Shown piece by piece: positions 11,701 to 25,049 of a DNA stretch of 64,000 nucleotides. The notes under the pieces are model-generated. The model was not told where the DNA came from. It did no database searches and saw only the letters and a list, made by a program, of their open reading frames with translations. Every line of letters begins with the position of its first letter. The first letter of the stretch is position 1. Source of the DNA: Camelus dromedarius (lineage: Eukaryota); NCBI RefSeq assembly GCF_036321535.1, contig NC_087436.1:24430001-24494000 (forward strand), in the 5' to 3' direction. Made by a program: the position numbers and the translations under genes.

Positions 11701-14257
11701 TTTAGAGAATGTTTACATCTTGAAGAACGGGAAGAAGAGTAGTCAAATATGATAGAAAAATCCTGGATGACTATTCCTGAGCTTTTTTTTAAAAAAAAAA
11801 AAGCCTTTTAAGTAGCTCTCTTTAGTAGGAAAGGGAAGAATATTGATTGGGTTAGTTAGTCCTAGTTTCAGACTTTTGCTTTATCATTTACTTGGCAGTA
11901 TTTAACCTTTCCGGAGTCTATCTCACTGTCATAAAATAGGAATTCAGGGTTGTGAGAATTATATAAAATAAACCTATAAACACAGTGCTTGTGATGTAAA
12001 TGCCCTTTAAGTGTTCCCTTAATTTCATTAAGACCTTTCTTGTGCCTTCACATGTGGAGGTCTTATACATCAAAACGGAAAATTTGTTTATTTCTATTGT
12101 ATTTTTCTCTTTCCTTTCACTTTGACTTTTAAAAAGGAGATGTTTTATACCTCCTGTCTGTACTTTTCCTCCTCATTCCTTCCTTAATTTACTGTGCTCT
12201 GGCATCTACATTTATCATTGTCCCGAAGCTTTATTTATCAGATTTCAAAGGCCACTCCTCTGCCAAATTCAGTGACCTGCAGATTAATCCAGAAATCTAG
12301 AAGTAGAGCCTTCCTAATCTGGCTTTATCTACAGAAACACTGTATTCTAGCTGTTTTCCTGACTGTCCCTTGCATGGCTGTGCTATTTATGCTTCCGAGA
12401 TTTTGCTCAGGTATAGTTTTCTATCAAGAATATCTTCAAGTATTGTTCATTCTTTGAGGCCCAACTACATGATACTGTCCACAGTAACTGTAGCCTACAT
12501 TAAACATTCCCTTTCCTGATTTCTGTTAGACCATCTGGATTTAGGCACTTGATCATTTTCTTTCTTTTACTGTCCTTGTGTGTATACTCCTTTTGTTTTC
12601 AAAGTGAGCATATAAGTCCCTGGAAGACAGAGACTACAATTTTATTTTGTTGAATATAGTATATAATACAGTATTTAACACATAGCTGGTAGGAAATGCA
12701 GACTGAAACAATTTGAGTTCTGACTTAGAATTGCAGTATAATGAAGAACTATCTTTATAAAAACTTAAATTATGTTTCCTTTTTTGTTTATATATGAAAT
12801 ATTGAATACTTTAGGGTTATTTAAAATATAGAAAGTTGGTCATCCAAAAAAGATAAATATGGTTGTATAAAATATATCAAAGCTATAATGTCATACTTAG
12901 ATTGACTTCATCTTAAAATGAAAGTAAGTTTTAATCATTTTTGCTTATATGTAAATTTGAGTTTATTTTCTTACAATAAAAGCAATACATGCTCACTGGA
13001 AAAACTGAGTATTGCAAAGAATAAACAAACAGTGAAGATCACGCGTAATCTTACCAGAGAGAGAACAGTAACTACTGCTTTTCTAAATTTCCTGCTGGTC
13101 TTTTTAAATGTATTTTTTAAGCATAATTAACATCATATTATGCAATGCAAGTAGCCTTACTAATTTTTACTAACATACATTGGCTGAAAGGGATCTGGTA
13201 GCTTCCTACTTCTCTCTTCTGATCATAGGGAGCAGGACTTTAGTTTTTAACCATATATCAAAACATAAAAAGTTGGTCTTATTAATTAGAATAATTGACA
13301 AGAGAACTTAGAAATCTTTTATTCATGATCAACAAAATTGTGTATAGGATTAGTTGCAAAGATAGATGAATGATAAGAATTTGTATATAATTCCAACAAG
13401 AAAGTAGTGCTTTTTTTAAATAAATGAAAGTTAAGGTTTTTGAAATGCAGTTAAAAAAAGTAAAAACCAGATTTCTCTTGAAAAATAAAATAAGGAGCCA
13501 AAATTTCTTTCTGGAAGAATCTCAAGACTAAGTTGACTTCATGATGAGTTGTGATAACTTTTGTATTTGTTATACCATCAGAAATCCTCCCTGTGGCACA
13601 AAAGGACTCTTTTAATTAGAAAATATTGTTGCCACAGGGAGGTAGAAGATCGACATGAAAAACTGGGGATCTGAAAAGGAGCCCCTATCCTAGGATTACC
13701 TGAAGGTGAAACAGATTGAGCCTGAAGGAAGACAATGCTGGTAGGTGGGTCTTTAATTTATTAAGAATGTTTACAATTTACATTTAATTACATTATTTCA
13801 ACTACCTATACCATATTTTTGTTTGAAGGGTGACAATGATTCCTCCTTATGGAGGGAGAAAGATCACAATAAGTATTTTTCCTCCTAAATAATTTGCTAT
13901 CTAAGTTAATCCCCTGCCATGTTCCTAATATTTGGTTCTTTTTATAGATAAAGCTCTGGGGCTATTTCAGGCCTCCACTTCCTTGGAAGTTCCTACTGAC
14001 TGAACATCTTCAAGTCTTTTTTTTCCCCCCACTTCTGTTATTTCTGCTTCTAATGTAGACTTTTTCCTAGAAAGTTTTTTTTAAGAAGTGTTTTTTTCCA
14101 ATTGTCTGTTTTCTTGAGTTTAGCCTAGTCACTGGTTTTCTAAAAAGATAAAATGTGGATCTTAAGTTTATTTAGTTTTAATTCTAGGATTGTTTGAATT
14201 ATAATTACACTGTAATTTAGTTAGAAAGCATTATTAGAGAAAAGTTTTAGATATTAA

Positions 14258-14432
14258 CAATATTTCATTTAGTCTAAGATGACATCAGTTGTAAGAAACA
14301 TTATTTTTAGACCACTAAAAAAAAAATGCTGCCAATTATAAATGTTAGGGTGCCATCAGTTGTAAAATACATCCTAATTTCAGAGATGTTAAAGTGTAGA
14401 AAAATGTACATCTTAGAATTAATGAAATATGT
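14258..14432. mobile_element. MER104-like Tc2 MITE
   Basis: Inverted termini tatttcatttagtctaagatg / catcttagaattaatgaaata and two internal catcagttgtaa repeats. Confidence 0.78.
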
Positions 14433-16204
14433 TAATTTATGACTCTCCCTGAAATTCTCATAATGGAAATTGGATATTAAAATATCAGGTTTATGAAAAA
14501 TGGAGGTGAGTTGCAGTTATGGAAGTCCCTATATGTTCTGAGTAAGATCTCTAAATTCTTTACTGTCTTTTAAGAGAGGGTATTTAAAAAAACCATATAA
14601 CTGTATTGTCAAAATATACAAAGTAACCATATAAGGTATTAAATTATGGAGGGTATATAAGATGAAAAAGTATTTTAATATGACACATTTACTAAATAAA
14701 TAGTTTTCTCATAATTGTCACTTTTTAATTGGATTTTGTAATCTAGAAAGAAAATGAAATGAGGCTTCTGCTTTCTAAACTGTCATTTTAAATCAGGATC
14801 CTTTAAGGGCTTTTTAAAATAGCAGTGATTTTTAGTGCGTTTGAATATATGTTACAGACTATTAATTACGTGAAGGAGAAAATAATGTCCAAAAGCAAAG
14901 AACTGTCCTGTCAATTAATAAAACATAAATGAAAAGGAATGATTTTTAAATGGTATTTGTATACTTTTCAAGAAACATCTATTTTATAAAGGAAAGATAA
15001 GTATATCTAGACAATAGATCATTAAAAGATGTTTGGTTTGGGGAACTAGTAGCATTCATTCCTTTGCACTGAGACTTGTTTTTTTAAGCACTAATTAGCT
15101 TTCAGTTTTACTATTTAACACTGTTATCTAATACAATTTTATTAATTTAGATTGAAGAGAGAGCTAAATACAGATTATAAAGAATTTTAAAATGAGTAAC
15201 ACAAAGTTACAACTGTTGCCAAGTTAGGGATGGCGCAGACTTCTTTAGGTATACAAATAGGAATGCTAAGACATCTCTCTAGGAAAATCTATACATTCAT
15301 TCCTCTACCAGCTCTTGCTGAGGTCCTGTAGCTTGTCAGGCTCGGAGATGAATTATATTGTGGTAAACAAGACCCTGTCTTTTCCCTCACCAGGCTTTCA
15401 GCTTTGTGGAGAAGATGAACAATTAAACGTTACTGCAGTAAAATGTTATGATAGGGAAGGTTTAGAGAGTATATGGCAGGGTAATGACTAGGAGGTCAGG
15501 GAATGCCTCCTGGAGTAAGAGATGTTTAAACAGATTTGAAGGATTTGAAGTAATTAGCCAAGCAGACAATAGCATGGCTTGAAAGTCTGGAGGCAGGAGA
15601 ACATAGCCTGTTTGATTTACAGAAAGGAATTCTATATGGCTAGAATATGAATTATGAGAAAGAAAGGGGGTTAAAATGAGACTAAAGAAAGGGGGTTAAA
15701 ATGAGACTAAATCTTATTGGTGAGGACTTCGAAAATTTTTATTTTGGGGAGCTTATTTAAGAGCTTTAAAGTATATTTTTTATACAAATTTAGTTGTCTT
15801 CAATATAGTGAGTACTGTAAATGAAAAATAAAATAAGACAATCAAACCATTACCTGAAATAAAGACTGAACTCTTTGGCTCTTTATTCACAGTTCACTTT
15901 GCACTAAATTGTTGCCTCTACAGATTTGAGCTATAGATGTACTCAGTGCCCAAACTAAGCTAAAAGTCACAGAGATTAAGGTAGTTAGAACAGCTAGCCT
16001 ATCTTTTTGGAATCAAAAAATGGGTGCTTTGGTATAATGCTGTTTCAGGAAGAGGAATCATTGTCCCTTATACATCCTCCATGCCCTTCTGTAAACTAGG
16101 AAAAGGGCCTATATGTTTTCTCAGATTTATGAAGGGGCCCATAACTTAGCACAGGTCAAGAACACTTAAAATAGCTATTAACTGTTAACTTTTGTATAGT
16201 TTTT

Positions 16205-16610
16205 AAGTCTTTTGTGTCATGGGCCTTGTTGGCTATATGGTGAAACCTGTATACCTTCTCTTAGAATGGTGTTTTTAAATGTATAAAATAAAATACTTAG
16301 GATTAGCAAGGAACCAAATATATTGAAATGTAGCTTTCATACTATTTTTAATTGTGATATATTAATACATATACTTCTTTAATAATGCAGTAAATAATGA
16401 GCTCTAGTGGCAGATCTAATTTACTACTATAATTCCAAAGTAGTGATGAACATAAATTACATTTTGAAATAGATGTAATGACTTTAATATGATATGAAAA
16501 TATCTGATCTACTGGTCATGAGGTCACAGTGCCAAAATGACCGTGGTTTGTACCTTTATTTAAAATTAAAGTACTAAATTTCAGTTAAACTCTAAAAAAT
16601 AATTTTCCCA
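16205..16610. mobile_element. hAT-Charlie remnant
   Basis: gtttttaaatgtataaaataaaatacttaggattagcaaggaacc resembles recalled Charlie-family consensus. Confidence 0.55.
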
Positions 16611-17005
16611 GGTCTCCTCCATGTCTTATTTTAGCTGTCCACCTTTTCCTTATCCTTTCCACCTCCATATCCTGCCCTACTTCTGTTCTCTTTCCTTAAG
16701 TAGGAATGCATTAAATAATGAGCTCTACTGGCAGTAGGGACCTGAGATAGTAGGGATCTGAAAGCCATTTTAAATGCATTACTTACTGAATATAGATTCA
16801 TGATCTTTGCTAAGGAGAAAAAGACCTCTCAGCTATATAGTGGTAGTTTTTCATGTCCCTTAATTGATTGACTTAATTTAACTTATTCTAAAAACATTCT
16901 AATGTTTGAATATTTACTACATTTCCTTAAAGCCTCACCTAATATTTTATGACTTCTTTGTTGGTTTGAGATCCCTTCTATTTCCATGGCAACAATTTCT
17001 GTGGC

Positions 17006-17199
17006 CAGTGGTTCTCAAACTTGAGCATCCATCAGAATCATCTAAAGTGCTCATTAAATACAGATTGCTCAACCCCACCTCCAGAATTTGTGATTCAGTG
17101 GGTGTGGGGTGGGATTCAAGAATTTGCATTTTTAACAAGTCCCCACGTGATGCTGGTGTTGATGCTTTTGGCTCAGGAATCGTACTTTGAGAATCATTA
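17006..17199. mobile_element. MER5A-like hAT MITE
   Basis: cagtggttctcaaactt...gaatttgcatttttaacaagt...actttgagaatcatt termini. Confidence 0.88.
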
Positions 17200-20100
17200 T
17201 CTGACTGTTGGGAATGATAGAGCTTATGCTATTGTGAAAACCCAATTAATACTGTAGTTTCTTAATTGTTATATTATACGCATCACAAGATTGCTGTTGA
17301 GGGTGAAAAGATATTAACGTTCTTTCAGGTTTATATGAGGTGATGTAGTGCTTTACTACTGTTAACTCACTAATAAACATTCATTGAGCATCTACTATAT
17401 GCCAAGCACTACTTAAAGCATGATGCTAGAGCAGTAGACAGGACAGGCAATGTGTGCATTTATGGAGCTTAGAATTTAGTGGAGAAAACATACAAATTTC
17501 ACTATACTGTAATATTACTATATCACAATCAGATTACATAAATTAACAACTCCTGAAATTGTTCTTTACAGTTAATATTTGCAATTAAGTTAAAATAGTA
17601 AACTCATAAGTTGCTTCTTTTCAAGCAGTTGAAGCAACAGATAAATTCTTCCTCTTCCTCCTCTATATGTTAAGATACTGGTAAACTTAATATTTATCAT
17701 GTACAAACTACCCGTTATATTCAAAGTACTGTCATACCTCCTAGGGAGTAAGTGATTCAGAGTTGGTGGTTGGCCTCAAAGAAGCTTACCAACTAAGTTG
17801 AGAAAAATAAGCATTTGAGGAAAAAATATGAAATAGATAGGGTTGGGGAAAGGTGAGGAAAGACAAAGAATTGCCAAGTGTGGTAGCTAGTCTGTAAGTT
17901 CAAGATTGCATTATTGCTATTTTGGTAGGTCATATTTAAATTTTATCATAAGGGCATAGTTGACCATTAATGCAGAGGGTTTAGGGACAAAGGAAAAAGG
18001 CACATGGAATTAAGCATTCCTAAATCTCAGTATTTTATTTTTTTTATGTATGGAAACAGTACCATCAAAAACACGAGTGACTTCTTTTTCCTATTCACAG
18101 AAAATCAGAACAGTGCTAAGAACTCAACATGTTTGTAGTGGTTAGTTACAATTTGGGAGTGGGATTAGGAGCTGAGGTAGGACTAGTTTTTATTTTTTTA
18201 ATTTTTTACATTTCTGTAATTTTTTTTCATTGAGTGTATCAAGGGAAGAAAGAATGTAGCCCATTTCCTCTCTTTCCATTAGATATTATTAAGGTAGAGT
18301 ACCAGTTTTTATAAGAGATATCTCATATTCTCCAAGTTAAAGTTTAGCATTAGGTCATAACTAGATGTTTGATTTCTTTTTACTTTGTAAGTCAGCCAAA
18401 ATTAAATATATTACTTAAAAGGAATGAAGAACTAAAATTTTAAATTTAACTATAAATACTTTTCATGTGTTTTCTATTAGACTGGATGGTGATAATATGT
18501 GGTTATCCTCCAGAACTTATTTAAAAATATATTTGAACAAAATAAATTCTTTGTTAGCCAGAAGTTGGGAGCGATTTTCCGATCACTAGATGAGCTTGCA
18601 CAAGATCACTCTAGAAAAGTTTTTCATCAAAAAGAAAAGAGTTATATCTCTAATCTAATTAGCAAAAAGAGACTTCTTATTGTGCATGGTGTTTGACAAA
18701 GCTTTCAGGAAAATCTGAATCCTTTTCTTCCATATCATCTTTTTTTTCCTGCAACTTAATCCTCAGAAAATAAAAGTTTAGAATAATAACTTAGAATGAA
18801 ACAGTTCTTTTGAAGAGGAAACCAAGGATTTGGTTCAAGAGGAGAAAACTCAGTTAACATCTGTTTGTGTTTACAACATTAAACGTTAGCCATTTGGTTT
18901 GGAAAAAACAAGACTGGCAGAATCACTTTTGTTTTTAATTCCATTGCTATATTACATACCTACTTAGGAGGCCCTCAGAAGTGCCAGTTACCTACTTGAG
19001 ATAAGAAGACATTGATTATTATGTCTAGGCTTCTTCTGCAGGCCTATGTTCTGGGAAGAGAGGCCTCCACACAAAAAAAGGAAGAACTTGTGGTGGACCT
19101 CATCCTTGGGAATTAAAGCATGGAGCAGAAGCCAGTGCATTCAGTTTACCATTTTGTAAAGGAAGTCAGGAATTATAAATTAAGAGACCACCACTGTAAA
19201 ATAATATAACCTTGTGTTTAATTTTGTTACCTTCTGTTTTTCAATAGTAATTAGCAAGCATGTTAACAAAAATAATTCCTATATACTTGTTTTTGGAGGC
19301 TTCAAGAAATGGGGAGGCTAGTGAGTGACTAGTTAATTCTGCAGCTAGTCTTAGGGGAAACATTTCCAAAAATAGAATAGTTGAAAGGGGAAGAGAAGAA
19401 AGCAGGCTGAATTTCCTTCCAAGGAAGGAAAAGAGCTTGAGGAGTTGCCTTGGCTCTGAGGTCATTTGTGGGGTTTTGCAAGACCGCCTGTGGTGCATGT
19501 AGCAGTTTTGTGTGTGTGGACTAGAACAAGAAGTTAGATATGGCCGTTAGTGTAAAGGAGCTTGTGTCTATTGGGGAAATTTTTTTTTTAAGAAAACCAC
19601 TCTTTATAACCTAAAGCTTAATAAAATCAGTGTTTTGAGAGTGAGGAGGAGAGAGCTGTTAGCTCTTGTGATGGAAAGTTCATATGTTAGCAAGCCTGGG
19701 AAGATAAATAAAATTTCATTTGGGAAGTGTTACAGAAAAACATCTGTGATATTTGTTAAAGCACAGTAAGAAAGACTTTATTCAAATTGCAGGGGGCAGG
19801 GGTGTATTGTGAGAAGTCATCATTTACACCTTCTACCCTTTTACCTCCTAGTTCATTACCAAATCCTATCAGTTTTGCCTCCAGAATATATCTTGGATCT
19901 GCTAATTTCTTTCCAACTTCATTGTTACTAGCCTAATCCAACCTGTGGTTGTTTTTTACATGAGCTACTACAGTGGCCTTTGGCCTTCTAATTGGTCCTT
20001 TTTCACTACTGCCCCTTCTCCCAACAACCCTAAGCAATTCATTCTTCACATTGTAGCCAAAGTAATTTAAAAAATGTATTTGCAAATTGGATCATGATAT

Positions 20101-20631
20101 GTCCCTCCCTAAAACCTTTTAGTGGGTTCTAATTGCACTTAGGATAATATTCAGGTCCCCCCACCCCAGGATTTTTAACATGGCCTCAAGACACTCAATA
20201 ATTTGGTTCCTCTCATCTACCTAGAAACAATAAGAACAATAATAGCAACAAAACAACCCTAACATTAAGATTTCTTTCCTACATTGCCAGGAATAAGTTC
20301 TTAGGGCTTTATATAACAGTAGATTTAATACTTTAAACAAGTATAACCTTTTCAATGCTAGACAGTTATTTAAGTGGTGGAGCAAAGACTTAAAATCAGA
20401 TGGTAAGTAGGGCTCCAGGGCCCAAGCTCTTAAGCATTGTACTCTGATGAAGTATGCAATATCCCCACCCCAGACATCCACACACGGTTGCCTTTTTACC
20501 TTCCCATTAATCCAGACTTTTCCTTCTCTGGGTGCTCACCTATGCTGTTTTCTTTTTAGAATGTTTTGCTTTCCCTTTTCAGCTTTTAACTCCTGGTCAT
20601 CCTTTAGATATCAGTTTGAAAGTCACTTTCT

Positions 20632-20652
20632 GAGAGAGAGAGAGAGAGAGAG
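20632..20652. repeat. (GA)n microsatellite
   Basis: gagagagagagagagagagag. Confidence 0.9.
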
Positions 20653-20926
20653 CAGCTTTATCTAATACTCTTCAATTTCAATTAGGAGTGTTCTATTATT
20701 TTTGTCAGAGACCCCCATTCTTTTTTCGCTTTTGGTTAGCTCCTACAACTTATGATACAATAAACTCCCATGATAATGTAGTAAATAAATATTAAAAAAA
20801 ATTGAAATCACATAAAGTAATGGCATTGTAAGTTTAATAAAATGACCTGAGTCAGTGGAGGAGAATAGGTTGCAGGATTCAAACTAAGGTATCCAAATCA
20901 GTTTAAGGTCTGGCTTAGGTGGTTTG

Positions 20927-20940
20927 GTGCCACCTGCTGG
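20927..20940 (-). promoter_or_regulatory. Candidate CTCF site
   Basis: Reverse strand CCAGCAGGTGGCAC fits the CTCF core CCASYAGRKGGCR; motif match only. Confidence 0.45.
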
Positions 20941-21796
20941 TGGTTGTATATTCTAAGGACTGCTATTTGAGGATAGAGTGGAAGATGGGAGCCAATTCCA
21001 GTTATCTGAATCGAATCATGTATTCATAAAGTTTTACTCTATTATATTTCCATGCTATTGTATGTTTCCATGTGATGCTTCATAAAGCCAGATACCATAT
21101 ACGTTGTGTTCACTGGTATTGCTCAGAGCCAGGCACCAAGTAGGTTTTCAATAAAGTATTTATTTAATGAGTGAGTGAATCAGAAAAACATGGTGAAGCA
21201 GAACAGAATTTCAGAAATCCTGTGTTTTATTTAGAGACTGACGGGTGATTTAGTTTAACTAGAGATTAGTAGAAGCAAATGGTTGAGAGAAATAAGCCTA
21301 GAAAGATGGAGTGGAACCAGATTTTGTGGTGGCCTTTGAATAAAATAGGAACTGTGTGAAACATGATCTGGAGAAGATGAGAAGTGAAAAGAAGGACATT
21401 TATTTTAAGCAACTAGAGCATACTAAAATAATAGAAATAGGAGGTATTTGTTCCAAAATACTAAATTGGGGGAGTAGATTAGGGAATAAATTAAACTTCT
21501 ATTCAATCTAACAAAAAGGGAACAAGGAGAAAAAAAAGCTGTGGAAGAAATATATGTGATATATCAAGATAGTAGAAATACTCCAAAACATCAGAAATTA
21601 TATTAATTACCAATTGTGATCTTAACATGAGTCTGCCTGCTATTTTTAACATATACAAAACAAAATTAAATAAAAAGAATGGAAAAATGTAATTATCAGA
21701 AAAATACTAACCAAAGGAAGCTGCTGTAATAAAATAGAATTCAGAGTATGAATCCTTAATTGGGACAAAGAGAGACTCTTCGAACTGTTAAAAGTT

Positions 21797-21990
21797 GGGG
21801 AAGGGTATAGCTCAAGTGGTAGAGTACATGCTTAGTATACACGAGGTCCTGGGTTCAATCCCCAGTACTTTCTATAAAAATAGATGATAAAACCTAGTTA
21901 CCTCCCCCCTGCAAAAAATAAATAAATAAATAAATAAAAATAACAATAATAAATTAATTTTTTAAAGGTTATTTTAAAAAAATCTAGTCA
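21797..21990 (+). mobile_element. tRNA-derived SINE (camelid vic-1-like)
   Basis: A box TAGCTCAAGTGG, B box GGTTCAATCC, A-rich tail; TSD AACTGTTAAAAG/AACTGCTAAAAG. Confidence 0.88.
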
Positions 21991-23457
21991 AACTGCTAAA
22001 AGGAACAGTCCAGAAAATATAATTACACACCTATATGCCTCTAACAGTATAGATTTGAAATACCATTTAAAGCAAAAGCTTTCAGAATTGCAAGAAGTGG
22101 GCATGTCTACAGAACAGTGGGAGTTAAAAACACCCCTGTCAAAATTGAGAAATCAGGCAGACACAAAATTTAAAATGACATCAAACAATTGAACTACAGG
22201 ATTAACAAATTGCATAAACTGGAGATCTATAGAACACTATATATACCTAACTGAGTAAAATACAACCTTATACTTTTTCCCCAGTTGTATACAGGTCAGT
22301 TTTTAACTGTCCTAGGTCATAGAGGAATCTCAACAATGTCTGGAAAATCAGTGTCATTCAAAAATATATTATTTCATCATAATGCCATAAAATTAGAAAA
22401 TCAACAATGAAAAGACAATCAAAATACTTTAGGATATTAAAACCTCACTAATGGATGAAAGAAGAAATAAAAATTATGAAATATTTGCAGCTAAATAACA
22501 AAGCATCACATGAAAATTTGAGATGTGACTTAAGCAGAACTCACTGGGAAATTTAACAGCTCTAAGTGTGTTTATTGGAAAATAAGAAAGATTGATGTAA
22601 TGAGCATATGTTCAACTCCAGATGTTAATAAAGGACCAACAGAATAAATCCAAATTAAGTAGAAGAAATGAAATGATAAAAATAAGAGTCAATATTAATT
22701 AAATAGAAAATAAAAGAATAGATTATTAATAAAATAAAATTAATAAAAATGGACAAATCTCTGTAAATGCAGATCAAGGAAAAATAAGCACTATGAAGAA
22801 CAAAAATATGACCAACAGAATAGAGAGTTTAAAAATCATAAGAGAACAATACTGTAAAGAATCTATGGCCAAGAAATTTGAAAACCTACAAGGTGGACAA
22901 TAAAAAATATATATATAAATTACAGCTGACTCAAGAAGAAATAGAAAACCTAAACAAATTAGTAACCATTTAAGTTCTTTAATTTTACATATGCATCTCT
23001 TCATTCAAATAAAACCCATCAGACCCAGGTCTATTACTAAAATTTAAAGGGATACATAATCTCTATCATATACAAACTATAATAGAAAACAGTAAAAGAG
23101 GGAAAGCTGGGAAAGCTTTCCAGCTTATTTTGTGAAGCTAGTATATAACCTTAACATTAATACTGATCCAGTATAAGAAAAGAAAATTTCTTGCCAAATT
23201 GATGTATCATTATAGCTACAAATGTTCTAAATTAAGAATAGCAAATCAAATCTAACATTTAATGATTCATTAAAAAATATGGAATGACTAAATACATAAT
23301 AGGAAGGCAGAGAAGGTTAAATATTAGAAAATTTACTGATGTAATTCACCATATGAATAACAGAGAAAACCCATATAATCATCTCAGTAGATCCAAAAAG
23401 CATTTGTTAAAATTCACCATCTTTTGAGGATAAAGACTCTGGATTGGCACTTGATAA

Positions 23458-23540
23458 GGGATATATATCTATATATAAATCCATGTCTATTATATACCAG
23501 ATATATTTATATATATATCTATATATAGATATATATATAA
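23458..23540. repeat. Interrupted (TA)n simple repeat
   Basis: Directly visible alternating AT tract. Confidence 0.8.
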
Positions 23541-24744
23541 ATCTTTAGCAAATTTCCTAATTAATAGGGAAACAGGATTCTATTTGTCATGTTTACTAGC
23601 TGGAATTATTATTGGAGGGTGTATAGCAAATGCAGGTAAGACAAGAAAAATAAAGCGCATAAAGATCAGAAAGGAAGAAACAAAATGTTATTTGCAGAAG
23701 ATTTAACACAAATTTAAATGACTAGGTTTAAAAACTGGTCTTAGAAGGTTCATCAAGGTTGCTATATACCAAAGCGAGCAATAATTAGAAAATAAAACAA
23801 TGCATTCATAATAGTTTAAAAAACTTAATTAGGATTTGGGAATAAATCTAACAATAATATGTAATACCTTTATGAAAATAAGAATTTAACTTTATGGAGG
23901 GACATAAATAAATGAGATATACAACTTCCTTAAGAGGAAATAAAAAACCTAAACAGACCAAAATCATATCATTGTTTCCTTTAATCTTTAACCCACAAGC
24001 ATACATGGAAAACTGGGCATGGTAAAGCTGTTAATTATTCCCCAGTTAATCTTTAAATTCAATACAATTCCAATCAAAATTCCAAGAGGACTTTTTTTGG
24101 TGGAATTTGACAAACTCTTAGATAAAAAGTCCAAAAATAGTCTATAGACAATTCCGCAAAAGAACAAACTAAGGGGGACTATTCATAAAGAATGATTCTA
24201 AAACTATACAGCATTTTAAAACATGTTATTGGCCCCTAGACATAGTTGAGTAGGATAGAATAGAGAGCCCAGAAACAGAGGAAGCATACATTATGCCTGG
24301 TATATAATAGACATGGATTTATTGAAAGGAAGGACTACTCAATGAATTATAGTAGAATAGTTAGCTTTTTATAGAGCGAAAAGTAAAATTAGATCCCTAT
24401 TTCATACGTTCTTGTTTTATTTTTCAATTGATTTATTTATTTCTCTTTATCGTTTTTATTTATACCACAATCCCATCTCCCTCCTTCATAAGCATCAAAT
24501 TTAAATTGAACAGGGTTTTAAAAATGTATTAAGTATATATATCCTATTGCACATATTTAAAATTTATATAAATGGTATTATGTATCTTACTCTGTTTCCT
24601 ACTTTTTATGTAAGTGCTATTCTTAGTATCCATGTTGCTTTGTGTATCTAATCTGTTGCATCTAACTGCTGCACAGTTCTCCATGATACACATCTACCAC
24701 ATTTTACCTTTCTAGTAGCCCGGTAGTGGATATATCACTTCTCA

Positions 24745-24990
24745 GTTGTATCAGCTGTTGGTTCATAACAAACCACTCCAAAATTTATTGGCTTGAAACA
24801 GGAACCAGTTACTGTTTCTCCTGAGTCTATGGATTAGCTATGTGGTTCTGCTGAGATGGGCTGGGCTTACTCCTGTTGTGGTTTTCTGTGGATCCGCTGT
24901 GGATCTTACTGGTATAGGATGGCCTCAGCTCAGACAGCTCAGGTCTCCTTTTCTCTAATCTCCAGTCATCTTCTTTCTTCTTCATTTCTT
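24745..24990 (-). mobile_element. MLT1 LTR fragment
   Basis: cataacaaaccactccaaaatttattggcttgaaac...ggatggcctcagctc. Confidence 0.65.
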
Positions 24991-25049
24991 ATGATGTTGG
25001 CCAAGAACTCCAATATATTAAAGAGTAGTGATATTAACTGGCATTCCCA

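Larger units (their letters stand above)
21400..24410 (+). mobile_element. Old L1 ORF2 remnant, 5' part
   Basis: A-rich decayed ORF2 sequence (ataatcatctcagtagatccaaaaagcattt; aatacaattccaatcaaaattcca; aaaattagatccctattt); continues after 26900. Confidence 0.8.

Noticed and set aside
21797..21870. tRNA-like sequence with A and B boxes (also at 30674 and 49136)
   Set aside because: A-rich tails, TSDs and divergence between copies mark them as SINEs, not tRNA genes
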